In this document: in pieces, positions 26,662 to 32,000 of the stretch
How the letters are laid out: each line of letters starts with the position of its first letter
How positions within the stretch are numbered: position 1 is the first letter of the stretch
DNA from: Longivirga aurantiaca
Lineage (GTDB): Bacteria; Actinomycetota; Actinomycetes; S36-B12; CAIYMF01
Length of the DNA: 32,000 nucleotides
Direction of reading: 5' to 3'
Assembly (NCBI RefSeq): GCF_042660085.1
Contig: NZ_JBHSTI010000002.1
Span: forward strand, 150,001 to 182,000
Program-made: the position numbers and the translations under genes
Notes under the pieces: generated by a model
Seen by the model: the letters and a program-made list of their open reading frames with translations, nothing else
What the model was told of the DNA's origin: nothing
The model's database searches: none

Positions 26662-28371
26662 GTGCGCATCACTCCCGCCGTCCGCATCTGCGCGTCCGTC
26701 GCCGTGGCACTCCTGGCGCTGACTGCGTGCTCGACCGGTACCGAGCAGACCCCGGCGCCCACCACATCGACTCCGGGAGGCGCGCCGCCCCCGTCGCCGT
26801 CCGGCCCGTCGGATGCCGAGGCTGTGCAAGCCCTCGCGGCGCCGGGCCCGTACGAGGTCGCCGCCGCCGACTACGCCCTCGACGACCTCGCTGTCGAGGG
26901 GCTCTCCTCCCCGCTCGAGGTGGAGGCTCAGGTGGTCGGCCCCGTGGGTGCGACCGGTCCACTGCCTGTCGTGGTCCTGCTCCACGGGTATTGGGCGTCG
27001 TGCTGGAACCCGACGACCAAGGACTCGAGCACTGCGTGGCCGTGCCCGACAGGGCAAGAGCCGATCGGCAACAACCGCGGCTTCACGTACCTCCAGGAGC
27101 GGCTCGCCTCGCATGGGTTCCTGACGGTCTCTGTCTCGGCTAACGGTGTCAACGTGCTGGCAACCGACATGGGCGACGACGCAGGAGCCGCCGCCCGCTC
27201 AGTGCTCGTCCGGCGACATCTCGACGCGCTCGCCAATGGCGCGATCGGCTCCTTGGCCCAGTGGCCTTCGCTCGACCTGAGGTCCGTGCTGCTGATGGGC
27301 CACAGTCGTGGCGGCGAAGGCGTCGATCGCGCGGCCTGGGAGGGCGCGGGGTCCTCGGCCTGGACGGTCAAGGGCGTGGTCCTCGTCGGGCCGACCGCGT
27401 TCGAGCCCTCGCCCCGCAGCACGACCGCGGTCGTCGCGATCTCCGGCGACTGCGACGGCGATGTCGGCCCGAGCCTCGGCCAGGCGTACGTCGATCGCGT
27501 CGCCGACCCCGGCCTCCTGCGCTCGTCGCTGCTGGTGCGGGGCGCCAACCACAACTACTTCAACACCGAGTGGGACGAGAACGTCTCGGTCTCGGGCGGT
27601 GGCTACGACGACGTCGTCACCGAGGGCGGCACGGTGGACCCGATGTGCAAGGCGTCCAGCCCCACCCGGCTCTCGCCTGCGGATCAGCGCGAGACGCTCG
27701 CACGAGGGATGACGCTCGTCGCCTCGGCCCTCCTCGGGGGGTCGGACATCGCTGGCCGCGTGCTCGACGCGTCTGTGGACTTCCCCGTGACCGACGGTGC
27801 CCGGGTCTGGGTGACCCCGACGGGTCACGGGCGCACTTCCGCCGCCCCCGACGCGTCGACCCGGGTGACAGCGACCGACGGAGCAACCGCCTTCGTCTGT
27901 CGTGGTGTGTCCGAGACGGAGCAGCCGCAGGACTGCGGCAGAGGGGCGAACCAGGGTCTGAACCCCCACTGGCCCAATGCATCCGACGGCACGGTCGGCC
28001 CGTCTGCGGTGGAGATCTCGTGGACGCGCGCCGGTGGGTCGGTGTCGATCAGGCCGTCCACGCCGATCGACCTGGCGGGTTCGACGTCGTTGGAGTCGCG
28101 CGTCGCGGTGGGTGCTGAGGGGTCGCCGGTGGCCTTCGAGGTGGCGATCACCGACACCGCCGGTCGCTCCGCCGAGCTCGGCGTCTGGGGCCCGATCGAG
28201 GCGATGCCGGGCGGTCCCGTATTGCCCTCGCGCACCTGGGCCCAGCTTCTCTCGCTGCCGCTGGGTGACGTGCCCGGGGTCGACCTGACGCGCATCGCGA
28301 CCGTGACCTTCCGGCCGATGACGGAGAGCGGCAGGGCCTGGGTCCTCGACCTCACGACCTCGCCGACGTGA
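26662..28371 (+). CDS. Secreted/lipoprotein alpha/beta hydrolase (chlorophyllase / PET-hydrolase-like fold) with extra C-terminal domain
   Basis: Lipobox LLALTAC; PLPVVVLLHGYWASCWNP; LLMGHSRGGEGVDRAAWE nucleophile elbow; AISGDCDGDVGP acid region; GANHNYFNTEWD catalytic His region. Confidence 0.82.
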   Translation: MRITPAVRICASVAVALLALTACSTGTEQTPAPTTSTPGGAPPPSPSGPSDAEAVQALAAPGPYEVAAADYALDDLAVEGLSSPLEVEAQVVGPVGATGPLPVVVLLHGYWASCWNPTTKDSSTAWPCPTGQEPIGNNRGFTYLQERLASHGFLTVSVSANGVNVLATDMGDDAGAAARSVLVRRHLDALANGAIGSLAQWPSLDLRSVLLMGHSRGGEGVDRAAWEGAGSSAWTVKGVVLVGPTAFEPSPRSTTAVVAISGDCDGDVGPSLGQAYVDRVADPGLLRSSLLVRGANHNYFNTEWDENVSVSGGGYDDVVTEGGTVDPMCKASSPTRLSPADQRETLARGMTLVASALLGGSDIAGRVLDASVDFPVTDGARVWVTPTGHGRTSAAPDASTRVTATDGATAFVCRGVSETEQPQDCGRGANQGLNPHWPNASDGTVGPSAVEISWTRAGGSVSIRPSTPIDLAGSTSLESRVAVGAEGSPVAFEVAITDTAGRSAELGVWGPIEAMPGGPVLPSRTWAQLLSLPLGDVPGVDLTRIATVTFRPMTESGRAWVLDLTTSPT

Positions 28372-28446
28372 GGGAGTCCGCGAGCTCGCGCCCGCTGTCG
28401 GCTTCAAGCCTCCGGCGCGCTGCTCCGGGCAGGGGTCCGCGGGCGG

Positions 28447-29100
28447 TCAGGCGTCGGGGGAGTGGGTGCCCTCGGTCTCGTCGTCCTCGCGGCGGCGGCT
28501 GAGCAGCCAGCCCGCGCCGGCCGCGATCGCGGCGAGCACGAGCAGGATGATCCAGCCCCACGAGGGCATGCCCGAGGAGTCGGACGCCGGCGGCGGGGTG
28601 CCCTGGCCGACCGACGCCGAGGCGCTCGGCACCGCGCTGCTCGACTCCGCCGTGGGGCTCTCCGACGTCGGCTCGGGGGTCGGCTCGGGGGTCGGCCCGG
28701 CGGAGGACTCCGTCGGGGTGGCCGACTCGCTCGTGGGCTCGGCGGACGAGCTCGTCGGTGTCGGGCTGGGGGTGGGCTTCGCCGACGACGTCGTCGGCGT
28801 GGGCGAGGCCGCCTCGGTCTCGCTCTCGGCCGGCTCGGGCGAGCTCTCGGACGCGGTCGGCTCGGGCGTGGCCGACTCCGTGGGCTCGATCGACTCGGAC
28901 GGCGACTCGCTCGGCGACTCGCTCGGCGGTTCCGACGTACGGCTCGGGAGGATCGTCGGGAGCTCGCTGGGAAGCGAGATCGACGGCGTCGGCAGGGTCG
29001 GGCGCTCGCTCGGGAGCGAGATGCTGCCGCTGCCGCAGCCGGCCACGAGCCCGACGACGAGCGCTGCGCCCGCAGCACCGGTGAGAAGCCTCGATCGCAC
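28447..29100 (-). CDS. Ser/Thr/Pro/Glu-rich lipoprotein with C-terminal transmembrane anchor
   Basis: MRSRLLTGAAGAALVVGLVAGCGSG lipobox; about 150 aa of SESPSESPSES/PTPTSS repeats; C-terminal MPSWGWIILLVLAAIAAGAGWLLSRRREDDETEG. Confidence 0.7.
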   Translation of the reverse strand: MRSRLLTGAAGAALVVGLVAGCGSGSISLPSERPTLPTPSISLPSELPTILPSRTSEPPSESPSESPSESIEPTESATPEPTASESSPEPAESETEAASPTPTTSSAKPTPSPTPTSSSAEPTSESATPTESSAGPTPEPTPEPTSESPTAESSSAVPSASASVGQGTPPPASDSSGMPSWGWIILLVLAAIAAGAGWLLSRRREDDETEGTHSPDA

Positions 29101-29273
29101 GCTGAACCCCGTCCCGTCCGGGCGGCTCGTCCCGCCGGGGCTACCTCAGCACAGGAGGGGTCGGTGATGCGCGCATCCGAGCCGACTCGTGACCTCCGGG
29201 TCGGCGGCCGGAACGCGAGCCCACGTCCGCGGGGCGGGCGCATCGGGCGCGGCCGCGTGGTTGGCTGGACGTC

Positions 29274-30311
29274 ATGAAGGCGTTGGTGAAGGCGGAGGCT
29301 GCTCCGGGGCTGTGGCTGAAGGACGTGCCGGAGCCTCCTACGGGGGCCGGCGAGGTGCGGATCCGGGTGCTGCGCACAGGGATCTGCGGCACCGACCTGC
29401 ACGTGCGGTCGTGGGACCCGTGGGCCCAGGGCGCGGTGCGCACGCCGGTGACTCTCGGCCACGAGATCGCAGGGCGCGTGGAGGAGATCGGCACCGGGGT
29501 CGACACGGTCGACGTCGGCGACCTCGTGAGCGTCGAGGGGCACATCGTCTGCGGACGGTGCCGGTGGTGCCTCGGCGGACGGCGTCAGCTGTGCCCCCAC
29601 ACCGTGAGCGTCGGCATCGACCGCGACGGCGGGTTCGCCGAGGTGGTCGTCGTGCCGACGACGAACGTGTGGCGGCACCCGAAGCCGATCGACCCGGACG
29701 TCGCCGCGATCTTCGACCCGTTCGGCAACGCGGTGCACTCGGCGCTCGCGTTCGAGGTGCTCGGCGAGGACGTGCTCGTCACGGGCGCCGGCCCTATCGG
29801 GATCATGGCCGCGTCGGTCGCGCGGCACGCGGGCGCGCGCAACATCGTCATCACCGACCTCTCGCCCGAGCGGCTCGCGCTCGCGGAGTCGATGGGCGCC
29901 GTGACGCGTGCGATCGACGTGCGCACGGCCAACCTGCGCGACGTGATGGCCGAGCTCGGCATGGTCGAGGGCTTCGACGTCGGGCTCGAGATGTCGGGTG
30001 CTGCACCGGCGCTCCAGTCGATGATCTCCTCGATGGCGCACGGCGGGAAGATCGCCCTGCTCGGCCTGCCGTCGACGTCGGTCGAGTTCCAGTGGGACCG
30101 CGTCATCCGCTCGATGCTCACGGTGAAGGGGATCTTCGGCCGGGAGATGTTCGAGACCTGGTACGCGATGTCGGTGCTCGTCGGAGCTGGCCTCGACATC
30201 TCGCCCGTGATCACACACCGCTTCCCGTACACGGACTTCGACGAGGCGTTCGACACCGCCGCGTCCGGCCACTGCGGGAAGGTCGTCCTCGACTGGGAGG
30301 TGGCGTCATGA
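29274..30311 (+). CDS. tdh: L-threonine 3-dehydrogenase (zinc-dependent)
   Basis: [21 protein letters not shown]...[16 protein letters not shown]...[15 protein letters not shown]...[29 protein letters not shown]. Confidence 0.93.
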   Translation: MKALVKAEAAPGLWLKDVPEPPTGAGEVRIRVLRTGICGTDLHVRSWDPWAQGAVRTPVTLGHEIAGRVEEIGTGVDTVDVGDLVSVEGHIVCGRCRWCLGGRRQLCPHTVSVGIDRDGGFAEVVVVPTTNVWRHPKPIDPDVAAIFDPFGNAVHSALAFEVLGEDVLVTGAGPIGIMAASVARHAGARNIVITDLSPERLALAESMGAVTRAIDVRTANLRDVMAELGMVEGFDVGLEMSGAAPALQSMISSMAHGGKIALLGLPSTSVEFQWDRVIRSMLTVKGIFGREMFETWYAMSVLVGAGLDISPVITHRFPYTDFDEAFDTAASGHCGKVVLDWEVAS

Positions 30312-31498
30312 CGGCGTCGCTCGACGCGCTCCGCGCGGACATCAACGGCCGCCTCGACGAGATGCGCGCCACCGGCGTCTTCAAGCCCGAGCGGGTGATG
30401 GCGTCGCCGCAGGGCACGCACGTCGTCGACGGCGAGGGCCGGGACGTGCTCAACCTGTGCGCCAACAACTACCTCGGGCTCGCCGACGACCCACGAGTGG
30501 TGGAGGCGGCCGAGAAGGCCGTGCGCCAGTGGGGCTACGGGATGGCGTCGGTGCGCTTCATCTGCGGGACGCAGACGATCCACCGCGACCTCGAGCAGCG
30601 CCTCGCGGCGTACCTCGGCACCGAGGACTCGATCCTGTTCGGCTCGTGCTTCGATGCGAACGGCGGTGTGTTCGAGGCCCTGCTCGACGAGCGCGACGCC
30701 GTGATCTCGGACGCGCTCAACCACGCGTCGATCATCGACGGCGTGCGCCTCTGCAAGGCGCAGCGGCTGCGCTACGCCAACCGCGACATGGCCGAGCTCG
30801 AGGCCAGGCTCGTCGAGTCGGCCGGTGCGCGCTACCGGCTGATCGTCACCGACGGCGTCTTCTCGATGGATGGCTACCTCGCGCCTCTCGACGAGATCGT
30901 CGCGCTCGCCGACAAGCACGACGCCCTCGTGATGGTCGACGACTCGCACGCCGTCGGCTTCGTCGGTCCGACGGGTCGAGGCACGCCCGAGCTGTTCGGC
31001 GTGCGCGACCGCGTCGACATCGTGACGGGCACGCTCGGCAAGGCGCTCGGCGGTGCGTCCGGCGGCTACGTCGCCGCGCGGGCCGAGATCGTGGCGCTCC
31101 TCAAGCAGCGCGCGAGGCCGTACCTGTTCTCGAACTCGGTCGCGCCGCCGATCGTGGCGGCGTCGCTCGCCGTGCTCGACCTGCTCGAGGGCGAGAGCGC
31201 GCTCCGCGACCGCGTGCACGCCGCCGCGGCTCGGTTCCGTGCAGGGATGGAGGCCGAGGGCTTCGACCTGCTGCCGGGCTCGCACCCGATCGTGCCGGTG
31301 ATGTTCGGCGACGCGATCGTCGCGGGGCGGATGGCGGAGGAGCTGTTCGCCCGCGGCGTGTACGCCGTCGCGTTCTCGTTCCCGGTGGTGCCGCAGGGCC
31401 AGGCCCGCATCCGCGTGCAGCTATCGGCCGCGCACACGGACGCCGACGTCGACCGCGCCGTCGCCGCCTTCGCGGCCGCCCGCACCGCGGTGTCCTAG
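30308..31498 (+). CDS. kbl: Glycine C-acetyltransferase (2-amino-3-ketobutyrate CoA ligase)
   Basis: [77 protein letters not shown]...[11 protein letters not shown]...[15 protein letters not shown]. 4-nt overlap with tdh. Confidence 0.95.
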   Translation: MTASLDALRADINGRLDEMRATGVFKPERVMASPQGTHVVDGEGRDVLNLCANNYLGLADDPRVVEAAEKAVRQWGYGMASVRFICGTQTIHRDLEQRLAAYLGTEDSILFGSCFDANGGVFEALLDERDAVISDALNHASIIDGVRLCKAQRLRYANRDMAELEARLVESAGARYRLIVTDGVFSMDGYLAPLDEIVALADKHDALVMVDDSHAVGFVGPTGRGTPELFGVRDRVDIVTGTLGKALGGASGGYVAARAEIVALLKQRARPYLFSNSVAPPIVAASLAVLDLLEGESALRDRVHAAAARFRAGMEAEGFDLLPGSHPIVPVMFGDAIVAGRMAEELFARGVYAVAFSFPVVPQGQARIRVQLSAAHTDADVDRAVAAFAAARTAVS

Positions 31499-31600
31499 GG
31501 GTACCGGGACCATCGGCCGGGTTCCGCGCCGCCCTCGGGCGGACGCAGCCTTCTCGTGCCGGGAGACGGACAGCCTCCCGGGAACCACGAGGAGGACCAC

Positions 31601-32000
31601 ATGCTCAGCATCCGGAACACTGCCGCACTCGGCGCGGCCGCAGCGTCGCTCGTGCTCGTGGCCGGCGTGGTCGTCACCGCGCCCGCCAGCGCCAAGAGCA
31701 CCGATGTCATCGCGACCGGCTCCTGCACGGGCGGCAGCAACTACAAGCTCAAGGCCAAGCCCGACAACGGCGCGCTCCAGGTGGAGTGGGAGGTCGACCA
31801 GAACCGCAACGGCCAGGTCTGGACCTGGGCGATCACCCATGACGGCGTCACCAAGGCCTCGGGCCGCGCCACCACCCAGGCTCCGAGCGGCTCGTTCTCG
31901 GTGACGCGCCGTGTCGTGAACGCCGCCGGCACTCACACGATCAGCGGCGCCGCGCGCAACGCGGCCACCGGTGAGGTGTGCCGAGGCTCGCTCGTCATCT
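31601..32000 (+). CDS. Secreted protein of unknown function (partial, runs off window)
   Basis: GGAGG RBS then MLSIRNTAALGAAAASLVLVAGVVVTAPASAKSTDVIATGSCTGGSNYKLKAKPDNGALQVEWEVDQNRNGQVWTWAITHDG... Confidence 0.8.
   Translation, partial: MLSIRNTAALGAAAASLVLVAGVVVTAPASAKSTDVIATGSCTGGSNYKLKAKPDNGALQVEWEVDQNRNGQVWTWAITHDGVTKASGRATTQAPSGSFSVTRRVVNAAGTHTISGAARNAATGEVCRGSLVI

Noticed and set aside
29585-31285. 566-aa minus-strand ORF opposite tdh-kbl
   Set aside because: Antisense shadow of two unmistakable enzymes; no recognisable motifs.

Overview
This is a very GC-rich actinobacterial chromosomal segment, probably Micrococcales and Cellulomonas-like (inferred from gene content and codon bias). 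It is mostly housekeeping and metabolic. Left to right it contains: a UPF0104/LPG-synthase-like membrane protein (partial); a divergent ROK regulator next to xylA-xylB; a tRNA-Glu/tRNA-Asp unit with promoter and terminator; a small zincin-like metallopeptidase; a large PAS-GGDEF-EAL protein whose EAL half looks degenerate; an ArnT/GT39-like and GT2-GtrA glycosyltransferase pair; an alpha/beta hydrolase; an AzgA/NCS2 purine permease; a PiT phosphate transporter; two low-complexity acidic proteins; a glutaminase-STAS-cNMP fusion; a GAP/LysE-like membrane protein; a NarL-type two-component pair followed by an ABC exporter; a lipoprotein alpha/beta hydrolase; a Ser/Thr/Pro-rich lipoprotein; tdh-kbl; and a partial secreted protein. 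I found no CRISPR, transposon, prophage or obvious defence island. The most interesting signals are non-coding. (1) The 14.55-15.00 kb gap has a cluster of DnaA-box-like 9-mers, a candidate promoter, a predicted three-way-junction RNA with GCAA tetraloops and a strong terminator hairpin, which together look like an unannotated structured RNA locus. (2) The 16-mer CGTACTGCnnCTGCAG occurs upstream of both the two-component operon and the adjacent ABC operon. (3) Three head-to-tail 11-bp PHO-box-like units lie upstream of the pit-like gene. All identifications come from reading the sequence; no database or folding program was run.
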